A DNA stretch of 64,000 nt, from positions 21,362-85,361 of the forward strand of contig JAJCYG010000002.1 in NCBI GenBank assembly GCA_029263055.1, given 5' to 3'. Position 1 is the stretch's first letter. Each line of letters begins with the position of its first letter. Under the pieces are notes generated by a model. The model was not told the origin of the DNA. It saw nothing but the letters and a program-made list of their open reading frames with translations, and ran no database searches. The stretch comes from Actinomycetes bacterium (GTDB taxonomy: Bacteria > Auribacterota > JAJCYG01). Both the position numbers and the translations under genes were made by a program. This document shows, in pieces, positions 52,688 through 61,300 of the stretch.

Positions 52688-53116
52688 ATGAAAAAATGGC
52701 TTCTACTTTTATTGAGTGTTCTTTATTTAACGGGGTGTGGTGAAAAGGCTGATACTGCTTGGGAGAGTAGCTCGCCTAAATCAATCTCAGGAAAAATTAC
52801 GATTTTGCCAGAGTTGAAGGAAAAAGTAGAGACTGGGGATGTGATCTTTGTGATGGCTAAAGGGAAAGGGGGGCCTCCTATTGCAGTGAAAAGGTTGGTC
52901 GTTGACTCTCTTCCAATGAGTTATACCTTATCAGAAGAAAACGATCTGATGTTGCCTGGGTCTGTTTTTCCAGAAAAAATCAATATTACAGCTCGAGTGG
53001 ATAAAGATGGTAATGCTTCTCCTGCGCAACCCGGTGATTTGGGTGGAGAGTATGCTCAGAATCCTGCTCCTGTGGGGAGTAGTCAAATTGATATTGAAAT
53101 AAACCGGCTTTATTAG
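52688..53116 (+). CDS. Lipoprotein, hypothetical
   Basis: 142 aa. Signal peptide with lipobox LTGC (MKKWLLLLLSVLYLTGC). Confidence 0.6.
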   Translation: MKKWLLLLLSVLYLTGCGEKADTAWESSSPKSISGKITILPELKEKVETGDVIFVMAKGKGGPPIAVKRLVVDSLPMSYTLSEENDLMLPGSVFPEKINITARVDKDGNASPAQPGDLGGEYAQNPAPVGSSQIDIEINRLY

Positions 53117-53206
53117 TACTATATTTTGTAGGTCACTTTTTTCTTTACAATATATGGGATAAGCTTATACAATATTGCTTATCATAATAGAACTAGGAGG
53201 AGACGG

Positions 53207-53455
53207 ATGAAAGCACTCACTTTAATTATTGCCATCGTCATGGCTTTTGGATTTGTGACTCCAGCAATGGCTCATGACTATGATGGATTAGGCTACGGAA
53301 ATGACCCAGGGGAAATGCTAATGCTTCCATTTAAAGTGGTTTGGGACGTCCTCTCATTGCCATTTTATGTGGCTGGTGGCTTGTTTGGTGGAAGCTATTA
53401 CGAGAGAGGTTATGGTAGTTGGTACACACCATCTTGGGACAATCGTATTAGATAA
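53207..53455 (+). CDS. Small secreted Tyr/Gly-rich protein (hypothetical)
   Basis: 82 aa with an AGGAGGAG RBS. Signal peptide ...VTPAMA|HD. It shares a YYER[SG]Y motif with the 1828-2100 product. Confidence 0.55.
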   Translation: MKALTLIIAIVMAFGFVTPAMAHDYDGLGYGNDPGEMLMLPFKVVWDVLSLPFYVAGGLFGGSYYERGYGSWYTPSWDNRIR

Positions 53456-53482
53456 GTCCCGTTTGGTTAGGGACTTCCAATT

Positions 53483-53519
53483 AACGGCATGCCTTAATCA
53501 AGGCATGCCGTTTTGTTTT
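53483..53519 (+). terminator. Rho-independent terminator
   Basis: AACGGCATGCCTT-aatc-AAGGCATGCCGTT followed by TTGTTTTG. The stem is a perfect 13 bp. Confidence 0.8.
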
Positions 53520-53598
53520 GCCCCAAAATAAGCCAAAAAAGGCACTTTTGGAGCACTTTAAAAGCGGCAAAAAAAAGGTTTCTCCTATGAAAATAGGG

Positions 53599-53615
53599 TT
53601 GGAACAGAAGTTGCA
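53599..53615 (+). promoter_or_regulatory. Candidate sigma54 (-24/-12) promoter TTGGAAC-AGAAG-TTGCA
   Basis: TGGAAC-N5-TTGCA matches the consensus TGGCAC-N5-TTGCA with one mismatch and correct GG-N10-GC spacing. It lies about 85 nt upstream of ATG 53700. Confidence 0.4.
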
Positions 53616-53699
53616 TAATCTAGTAGTACTTCTATAGATAGAGCGTTAGAAGGAGTAAATAGTGAAAATAGTTTGTTATAATAGAGGAAGGAGAAAATA

Positions 53700-53954
53700 A
53701 TGTCACACGAACAAGTTACTTTAATACTTAGTAAAGCCATGTCTGATAAAAAGTTTTTGGAACTCTTACTAAAAGATACCCAAAAAGCTTGTGAAGGGTT
53801 TGATGTGTCACCTGAAGAGATTGAAGCACTTAAAAAACAATTGAGTGAAACTTCAGAAGCAGAACTTGATCAGCGTATTTCCAAACGGAAATTAGGCGGC
53901 GGTGCTTTTGGTGATTTTTCAGGGCCAATGGGCATCGACGATATTGATATATAA
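53700..53954 (+). CDS. Small protein resembling an NHLP/Nif11-type RiPP precursor
   Basis: 84 aa with a GGAAGGAG RBS. It has a helical leader-like N-terminus (ILSKAMSDKKFLELLLKDTQKACEGFDVSPEEIEAL), then SEAELDQRISKRKLGGG and a short Gly/Asp-rich tail AFGDFSGPMGIDDIDI. Confidence 0.45.
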   Translation: MSHEQVTLILSKAMSDKKFLELLLKDTQKACEGFDVSPEEIEALKKQLSETSEAELDQRISKRKLGGGAFGDFSGPMGIDDIDI

Positions 53955-54081
53955 AAAATCTGTCGATAAAGGTCAAGCTACCGCGTTGCACATCAAAATG
54001 ACTCCCTCAACATATCATGTATATGCCTCGGTCGTAATTTTGATGTGCGCCTTGTATCTTAACCTTTCTCAACAGATTTTT
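53954..54081. other. Nested long inverted repeat (possible structured RNA or compound bidirectional terminator)
   Basis: The outer arms AAAAATCTGTCGATAAAGGT (53954-53973) and ACCTTTCTCAACAGATTTTT (54062-54081) are complementary at 18 of 20 positions. The inner arms GCACATCAAAAT (53988-53999) and ATTTTGATGTGC (54037-54048) form a perfect 12 bp. Confidence 0.5.
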
Positions 54082-54094
54082 AGGGTTTAGTGTT

Positions 54095-55456
54095 TTAGAG
54101 TTTTGCTATTTGATTGCAAAGGTCAGTAAGCGAAGGGTCCCGTGCTCCCATTACAACCACAGTCTCATCTTTTTGAATCTTGTTCCCAAGTTCTTTAATT
54201 AAAGCCTCTCTTGATTCAACTGTTTGAGCGAATCTATTTTTTTGATTAATGGCATCTGCCAAATCTTCAGAAGAGATATCGCGTGTAGCGGTTCCCCCTG
54301 CATCAAAAATGGGAAGTAAAATGAGTTCATCCTCTTTTCTTAAATTTTGTGCAAACACATCAACAAATTCATCAAATAAAAAACGAGTTGGGCCATAACC
54401 ATGGGGCTGAAAGATGGCTATTATCTTTTTTGTATGAGGCCGCAATGTATCAAGGCTTGCTTGAATTTTTTTTGGGTTGTGTGCAAAGTCATCAAAAACA
54501 GTCTGCCCATTTGAAGAAGGGATGGGGTCTAACCTGCGTTTGATTCCTTGAAACTTTTCTAGGGCAGGGGCAATCTCTTGTTCGGAAAATCCAAGTGATT
54601 TGCCTAGGGTAATCGCCCCTAAAGCATTTGAAATGTTGTGTTCTCCAGGGACGTGGAGTTTGAATTCAACCTTGTTTACTTTAAAGCTAGAGCCTGTTAA
54701 GGCGAGCTGGATTTCTTTTGCCATCACATCTGCTGGCTGAGTGATTCCGTAAGTGAGTTGTTTTTTTTGTGGCCAGTCTAACTGACGAATTTGAGAGCAA
54801 TCTTGGTTAAGTATTAAGGTCTCTTTTGTTTGATTGGCAAACTGAATAAAAAGAGGAATTAATTCTTCAAGTGGTTTGTGGTCTTTAGAAATATTTGAAA
54901 TTAAAGCCAGTGTAGGAAAAAATTGGTTTAAAGATCCATCGCTCTCATCGGATTCAATCACAAAGGTGTTGCCATTGCCAGCCTTGGCATTTCCTAATGT
55001 CTTATCTGTATCAAAGTTTTTTATTTCACCGCCATTGATCACGCTTGGAGAAACACCGAGTTCTTCTAACATCACTCCAACCATTCCTGTAATGGTTGAT
55101 TTGCCACTTGTTCCACCGATGGCGATTAATTCTTTTTCTTGCACACACTCAGCAAGAAATGCGGCGCGATGGATTTGTTTAGTCTTTAACTTATCTGCTT
55201 GAATTAAGTCAGGATTTTCTTTTTCAATCGCAGTGGAGTAGATCACGTAATCTGTTTCAGAAGTGATTCCGGTTCCATCTTGTGGAAAGAGTTTTATTTG
55301 ATTGTGACTTAGTTTTTTGAAAAGAGGGGATTTAGAGTCAGGTGTCCAGGCTCGATCTGAGCCAGTCACAGTGTGTTGGGCGGCAGCAATCTGAGCTAAG
55401 GCGCTCATGCCACTCCCGCCAATCCCTATAAAATGGAGGTTCTTATTGGGCTTCAT
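54095..55456 (-). CDS. Mur ligase family enzyme (MurC/Mpl-like)
   Basis: 453 aa. N-terminal HFIGIGGSGMSALAQI...VTGSD and the P-loop IAIGGTSGKSTITGM. Confidence 0.75.
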   Translation of the reverse strand: MKPNKNLHFIGIGGSGMSALAQIAAAQHTVTGSDRAWTPDSKSPLFKKLSHNQIKLFPQDGTGITSETDYVIYSTAIEKENPDLIQADKLKTKQIHRAAFLAECVQEKELIAIGGTSGKSTITGMVGVMLEELGVSPSVINGGEIKNFDTDKTLGNAKAGNGNTFVIESDESDGSLNQFFPTLALISNISKDHKPLEELIPLFIQFANQTKETLILNQDCSQIRQLDWPQKKQLTYGITQPADVMAKEIQLALTGSSFKVNKVEFKLHVPGEHNISNALGAITLGKSLGFSEQEIAPALEKFQGIKRRLDPIPSSNGQTVFDDFAHNPKKIQASLDTLRPHTKKIIAIFQPHGYGPTRFLFDEFVDVFAQNLRKEDELILLPIFDAGGTATRDISSEDLADAINQKNRFAQTVESREALIKELGNKIQKDETVVVMGARDPSLTDLCNQIAKL

Positions 55457-55504
55457 AGGGTTTCATTGTATAATCACTTATCATTTCATTACAAGGAGGG
55501 GTTC

Positions 55505-55753
55505 ATGAAATTTAATCCAAAAGCGTTGGGGCTTGCTGTTGGAACAGTCAAGGGACTGTCTATCTTTTTTGCCACTATTTTTACCGCAAGTATGGATGGG
55601 GGACAGACGCTTCAAAAGTTAAACCGTTTTTACTGGGGGTATGAAGTCTCTTATCAAGGGGCATTCATTGGTTTGGTTTATGGGTTTATTGATGGATTTG
55701 TTCTCGCCTTCTTAGTCGGTACCTTATATAACATTTTTTCGAAAGATAAATAG
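55505..55753 (+). CDS. Small two-TM membrane protein (hypothetical)
   Basis: ATG 55505 is preceded by AAGGAGGGG, so I prefer it to the track's 55433, which would overlap the Mur ligase start. 82 aa. Confidence 0.5.
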   Translation: MKFNPKALGLAVGTVKGLSIFFATIFTASMDGGQTLQKLNRFYWGYEVSYQGAFIGLVYGFIDGFVLAFLVGTLYNIFSKDK

Positions 55754-56838
55754 TGCAGCGTTTTTTTGTTCTACTTTTAGCAGTAACTTTTTTGACAGAT
55801 CCTCTTGTTTGGGCTGATTCCCTTCAAGAGGATCGTTATTTTCAAGATGTGACTGAGCAAGCGTGGAAAGAACATGATAAAGCAAAGAACCGTGTTCTCA
55901 ATAATCAGCCTGTTGAAATTATCAGTCCTACCGATTTAAAAACTGAATTTGAAAATGGAATTAAGTGGGAAGAGCGGGCTGATTTTAAACGCGCTTCTAA
56001 AGCTTATGTGAAAGCTCTTTCATATTCTCCAACCTATCCTCTTGTAGCTGAAATTTTGTGGCGTTTGGCTGCTTGTTATGAAAAACAGTATCGTTGGGTG
56101 CAAGCATTTGAAGTGTACGGCAAACTTTATAAAGAATACCCTGCCTTTGATCAGGCTTTAGACGCACCACAGCGTCAATTTGAACTAGCTAAGATCATGG
56201 CTGATGGAAATGAAAAAGTGGTGTTAAATGTGCCAACTGACCAATTCTATAGCATGATTGCCGCAGATCTTTTTCTTCAATTAGAAAAACAAATGCCAAA
56301 GACTGAGTTAGCAGGTCTTTGCCAGTTTGAGGTCGCTACCATCTATAGGAAGAGACGATTGTACCAACGAGCCAGCGAGGCCTTTTACAAGGTTATTTTA
56401 AATTATCCTCTACATCCCTTAGTGCCTAGTGCTCTGTATGAATCTGGTTTGGCCTCGAGCAATGTGGTGAAGGGAGCTCATTATGATGCGGCTGCGATTG
56501 ATACTGTGATTAAGCGATTTCGCCGTTTTATTAAAGAGTATCCAGAAGACGAGCGTGTCCCTGTAGCTCAAAAACTTTTAGAAGAGATGGAGACATTACA
56601 GGCTGAGAAATTATTTCGAACCGGTCTTTTTTATTTAAGAGAAAAAAATGCAGAAGCCGCACAGATTTATTTTCAAGAATTGGTTAAGGTTTATCCAGAA
56701 AGTATTTGGGTGAAACAGCTAAAACAAACTTCAGAAGAAGAATGGACAGTCCCTGAGAGTAATCAGACGATTGTGAAGCCATATGAATTCAAAAAAAGAT
56801 TTTCAGATTTTTTTGATCTGTTTAAGTTTTGGTCTTAG
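55753..56838 (+). CDS. Secreted TPR-repeat protein (BamD/YfiO-like architecture)
   Basis: 361 aa with a GTG start overlapping the upstream stop. It has a signal-like N-terminus and repeated A..Y...A...Y TPR-like helices. No lipobox. Confidence 0.45.
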   Translation: MQRFFVLLLAVTFLTDPLVWADSLQEDRYFQDVTEQAWKEHDKAKNRVLNNQPVEIISPTDLKTEFENGIKWEERADFKRASKAYVKALSYSPTYPLVAEILWRLAACYEKQYRWVQAFEVYGKLYKEYPAFDQALDAPQRQFELAKIMADGNEKVVLNVPTDQFYSMIAADLFLQLEKQMPKTELAGLCQFEVATIYRKRRLYQRASEAFYKVILNYPLHPLVPSALYESGLASSNVVKGAHYDAAAIDTVIKRFRRFIKEYPEDERVPVAQKLLEEMETLQAEKLFRTGLFYLREKNAEAAQIYFQELVKVYPESIWVKQLKQTSEEEWTVPESNQTIVKPYEFKKRFSDFFDLFKFWS

Positions 56839-56850
56839 AAAGGTGTATTA

Positions 56851-58233
56851 ATGTCTGTTCCTATTTCTCAAATGTGGTCTGTTGCCAGTTATGTGATTAA
56901 GCAAAAATTAAAAGGCCGCAAAAAATATCCTTTGGTTTTAATGTTAGAGCCTCTGTTGCGGTGTAACCTCGCGTGCGCAGGTTGTGGCAAGATTCAGTAC
57001 CCAGGCCATATCTTAAAAAAAGAGATGTCTGTTGAAGAAGCCTTAGCTGCTGTTGATGAATGTGACACCCCGATTGTTTCGATTCCTGGTGGAGAACCGT
57101 TGCTGCACCCACAAATGCCTGAAATTGTGGCTGGAATGGTTGAACGCAAAAAATATGTCTACCTCTGTACGAATGCGATCTTACTTAAAGAGAAGATTGA
57201 CCAAGGTTGGTTTCTCCCTTCAAAGTATCTGACTTTTAGCGTGCATTTGGACGGGGATCAAGAGGCGCATGACTTTTCAGTTTGTCGCCAAGGAACCTAT
57301 GAAAAAGCCGAAGAAGCGATTCGTTATGCTGTAGAGCAAGGCTTTCGTGTGACATGTAACACCACTCTTTTTGAGCATGCTGATGTGGAGCGAACACGAA
57401 GCTTTTTTGATCGTGTGATGTCGATTGGTGTGGAAGGAGTCATGCTCTCACCTGGTTATGGTTATTCTAAAGCTCCTGATCAAAGTAATTTTTTAAACCG
57501 AGAAAAAACATTTGAATTATTTCGTGGCCTATTTGCGCAAGCAAAGAAAAATTGGAAGTTTAATCAATCGCCATTGTTTGTTGAGTTTTTAATGGGAAAA
57601 CGGCATTTAGAATGCACGCCTTGGGGTAATCCTTGTTACACCTTATTTGGTTGGCAGCGTCCCTGCTATTTGTTGCAAGAAGGTTATACTGAAACGTTTC
57701 AACAGCTGTTAGATGAAACAGAGTGGGATAAGTATGGCCGTGCTTCAGGTAATCCTAAGTGCCAAAATTGTATGGTACATTGCGGGTATGAGCCTACAGC
57801 TGTGGATGCCACGTTTGGGACATGGAGTGGCTTTTGGGGAACAGTGAAAGCAACCTTCTTGGGTGTGAACAGTGAACGAGGCAAAAATATTGTGCTGCCC
57901 CCTGTGACTGAATTTAATGAAACAAGCGCTGAAGATCCCACATTAGAAACAACCGAACGCAAACTTTTAGAAGAGGTCGACTTTAGGGGAGATGCTCTGA
58001 TTACATTTAAAGATGGAACAACCGATCAAGGTTATCTCTTTAATGTGACTGAAAGTCAGCTAGAATACTTTTCAATCAAGCAAAACCAACCTCAAAAAAG
58101 TGATCGGAGTGAGGTTGAAAAAGTAGAAAAGACAGGCCGTGACTATGCGGATGGCCAATCTTGGGAATCTTGGCTTCGTAAGCATAAGCAGAACAAGGAG
58201 TTAGAAAGCGTTTCTTCTTACTCCCTCCCTTGA
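56851..58233 (+). CDS. hpnH: Adenosyl-hopene transferase-like radical SAM enzyme
   Basis: 460 aa. The N-terminus SYVIKQKLKGRKKYPLVLMLEPLLRCNLACAGCGKIQYP is characteristic of HpnH. It also carries an extra C-terminal extension of roughly 100 aa. Confidence 0.8.
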   Translation: MSVPISQMWSVASYVIKQKLKGRKKYPLVLMLEPLLRCNLACAGCGKIQYPGHILKKEMSVEEALAAVDECDTPIVSIPGGEPLLHPQMPEIVAGMVERKKYVYLCTNAILLKEKIDQGWFLPSKYLTFSVHLDGDQEAHDFSVCRQGTYEKAEEAIRYAVEQGFRVTCNTTLFEHADVERTRSFFDRVMSIGVEGVMLSPGYGYSKAPDQSNFLNREKTFELFRGLFAQAKKNWKFNQSPLFVEFLMGKRHLECTPWGNPCYTLFGWQRPCYLLQEGYTETFQQLLDETEWDKYGRASGNPKCQNCMVHCGYEPTAVDATFGTWSGFWGTVKATFLGVNSERGKNIVLPPVTEFNETSAEDPTLETTERKLLEEVDFRGDALITFKDGTTDQGYLFNVTESQLEYFSIKQNQPQKSDRSEVEKVEKTGRDYADGQSWESWLRKHKQNKELESVSSYSLP

Positions 58234-58258
58234 CAAAGAGTCTTTTTGGTGGTAATTT
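58230..58258 (+). promoter_or_regulatory. Candidate sigma70-type promoter (TTGACA-17 nt-TAATTT)
   Basis: The -35 hexamer overlaps the hpnH stop codon. It has the same hexamer style as the candidates upstream of 6006 and 9353. Confidence 0.3.
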
Positions 58259-58320
58259 TATATATGTAAGTAGTTACCAGTAAAAAAGTTACACCGAATG
58301 ACTTGTCGAGGTTAAAGACG

Positions 58321-61300
58321 TTGTGTAAAAAGCTTGTCTGTATGTTTCTTTGTTTAAGTTTAGTCACGCCTCCGTTTCAAGGAACGCGTCTTCCTCAAAA
58401 AGAAGTGCCTCAGTATTTATCTCCTCTTTCAACCTTTACCCCAGAAGTGCACTCACTTTTAAATCAAGTGACGCTCAGTCGTTTTTACTTTATGCGCGAA
58501 GATGGAGAATCTGTTTTTAACCCTGCTCAAGTAGAGCAAATGCTCCGTTTTGAAAAAGAGTTTCGTTCGGTTCGATCTTTGCCTTTGATTGGTGATCAAT
58601 TAGGCATGGCTATTTTCTTTTTAAAAGAGAATGGAAGCGTGGATCTTTTTGTGGTTCAAACAGACAAAGAGGGGGCTGTTCAAGTTCAACCATTGCTAGT
58701 TGATTTTATTCCATCTCGTTCTATTCAAGCCATTGACAGTGGTGTGATTAAAGAAGCTTTAGAGGCTGTTGGAGAAGGGGCTGATAAAGAGGTTATTAAA
58801 GAGAGTTTAAAATTGAATATGTGGTTGGAGCAATTTTTAAAATTAGGGGCTCCTATTCCTGAAAGAGATATTGCGCTTGAAGAGGTTGATCTTTCTTCTT
58901 TTGAGCCAGTAAAGATTGATCAAATTGATCTGGAAGCGGCTTGGACTTTAGCTGAAATTCTCAGAGAAAAAGGGTCAAACTCGGCAGAGATAAAGAAACT
59001 GTTTGAAGATAGAATTGATTTTAAAGATCGACTGGTGACTCTCTATCAGGGGATCCAGCAGGGGGAGGTTCCTGGGGCCATTCCTTTTTCAGATCCAAGT
59101 CGCATGTTTGTTTCTCCTCGTGATCAAAAACGTTGGATCAACGAAACCATCAAATGGTTGCGTGCTGGCTTTCCTTTGTCTAAAGCGATCTTTATGGGGG
59201 CTTTGGTTAATTACATTGAAAATATTGATCCGAATCAAATCGGTCAAGATGGCAAACCTCTTGTTGAAAATGGACTTGAAATTTTTGTGGCTGTTTTTCA
59301 GAGCTATTTTAAAGATGAACGTGGGCGAGCAATGAGTCGAGATCAGATTCTGCCTCAAGTTAAAGAATGGATGAAAGAACAAAATTATCCAGGCTTGCCA
59401 GTTCGAGCTGAAGAAGATTTGCTTGAAATGCAGCAGCGAATTCGCTCACAAGTGCGTCACGCCCTTTTTAATGAAACCCCTTCTCTATTTTTAAAGCATG
59501 CTGAAGAGGGGGAGTTTGTTGAAGAAATTCTAAAAGAAGAAACATTGGCTTTGAATGGAAAATGGATTGTGATGCCAATGGGACCTTATAGTGATAAAAA
59601 TCAAATATTAGGCCGGCGAATTCCCGAGAGAATCATTTCTTTTGATTTAGCTCAAGAGGTTGTTCGAAAAGTATTAAGTGAGGAAGGGCATGAAGAAAAA
59701 ATTAGAGAAGCACTCACTGAATTAATCCCAGTGCCAACAAGTCATCGTCAAACCGATGCACATGTGGCCCAGTTTAAATCAAATTGGGAACAATTTGAAA
59801 AGGGTGCATTAGAGGGAGAAGAACTGGCGCGTGCCATAGAAATGATTCGTTGGACAGCAAGTTTTCTTGAAACCCAGAAAGCAGGGCAAGGGCTTAGCTT
59901 TTCAAAAGGAACATTGATTCGGGCATATGAGTCTGCAATGAGTGAGCCCAACAAACCGATTGTTTTGGTTTTAGACAATATTGATGCTTCTTCAGCTAAA
60001 GTACGCAATGGGATTTTTAACCACTTCTTAGAAAAAAGAGAAATGAACATCGTGGGATATGTCAATCCGTTTGATGGAAGTAGCCGTATTACATTGCCTA
60101 AAAATTTACACCTTATCTTTACTGCTTCAAGCCAAGTTCCTGTTAAAGATCAAGCACTCTTAAATCGGCTTCAAAAATATGTTTTACCTGAAGTGACGAT
60201 TGAAGATAGATTAGCGTTAGCTTTAGCTCGGGTTGAAGAATATTATGACGGCACAAGACTAAAGTTAATTGGTCCTACACTCGTTGAAGTCTTTAAGGAA
60301 TTTGAAAACTATTTAGATGAAGAGATTCTTCCCTTTTACCCTTCAGTTGTGACTCATTTATTTGAACGACTTGAAGGTCTTGCTAAGGAAAAAGGAGAAA
60401 AATGGACTTTGGATACGCTTGCAACCGAACTTCACTTAATTCTTTTAGATCAAATCCCAAATCCAGAAAAGCGTCAACAGTTTAAAGTCTATTTAGATAA
60501 CAAAGGGTTTCCATTTTATGAGGGTTTAGTAGAAACACCTTATTGGTTTGATGAGTCGGGTGATTTGGTGGTTTATGGAGTTACTGTTGGACTAAATGAA
60601 GGTTTGAAAGAAAGAATACGAGCCGTTACTGTTTCTGAACGTAATCTAGAAAAAAGAAAATGGGCGCAGGAAAGAGAACTCTATTTGTGGCGCAATTCAC
60701 CGCAAGAGCGTAAAGCAGGTGTGGTGTTGCAGAGCCAATCAATTCGAATGCTCGCTTCGTTAGTGCGTCAAATCAAATACAACAATCGTGTGATTCAAGT
60801 GGTGGGTCCTACTGGAGTGGGTAAAACGTTTGTGGGTGAAGCTCTAGCTATTTGGCGAAATCAATCAAGTTACTCTGAACCCACTCATAAGCGTTCTGAA
60901 CAAGAACAATGGACAGGGTTTTACGAAATCACAGCTGCAGGTGAGTTTGTTTACAATGACCAAACTCCTTTTATGGATATGATTCGAAATGGTGGAGCTG
61001 ACTTAAAGAGTGAACTCAACGCCAAAGGAGATTTTAATCGAACCGCTTACATGAGTTGGTATTTGAATCAAATTGCTAAGAAGAGAAAATCATTGGTGTT
61101 GCCTTTTGTTCGAGATGGAGAGCTTAACGAAACTTCGGAAGAGCCTATTCACGACAACTATTGGATGTTGATTGATATTAATCCTGAGGGGGTTTATGGC
61201 CATCGTTATCGATTAAACCCTGAACTTGCTTCTTTGAGTGGACAGATTTACTTAGATGGGAACTATACGTCAGAAGATTATAAGAAAATGTTGCGAATGG

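Noticed and set aside
53902-54090. 62-aa plus-strand ORF after the RiPP-like gene
   Set aside because: It overlaps the 3' end of 53700-53954 and runs through the nested inverted repeat. There is no RBS, so it is probably non-coding structured sequence.
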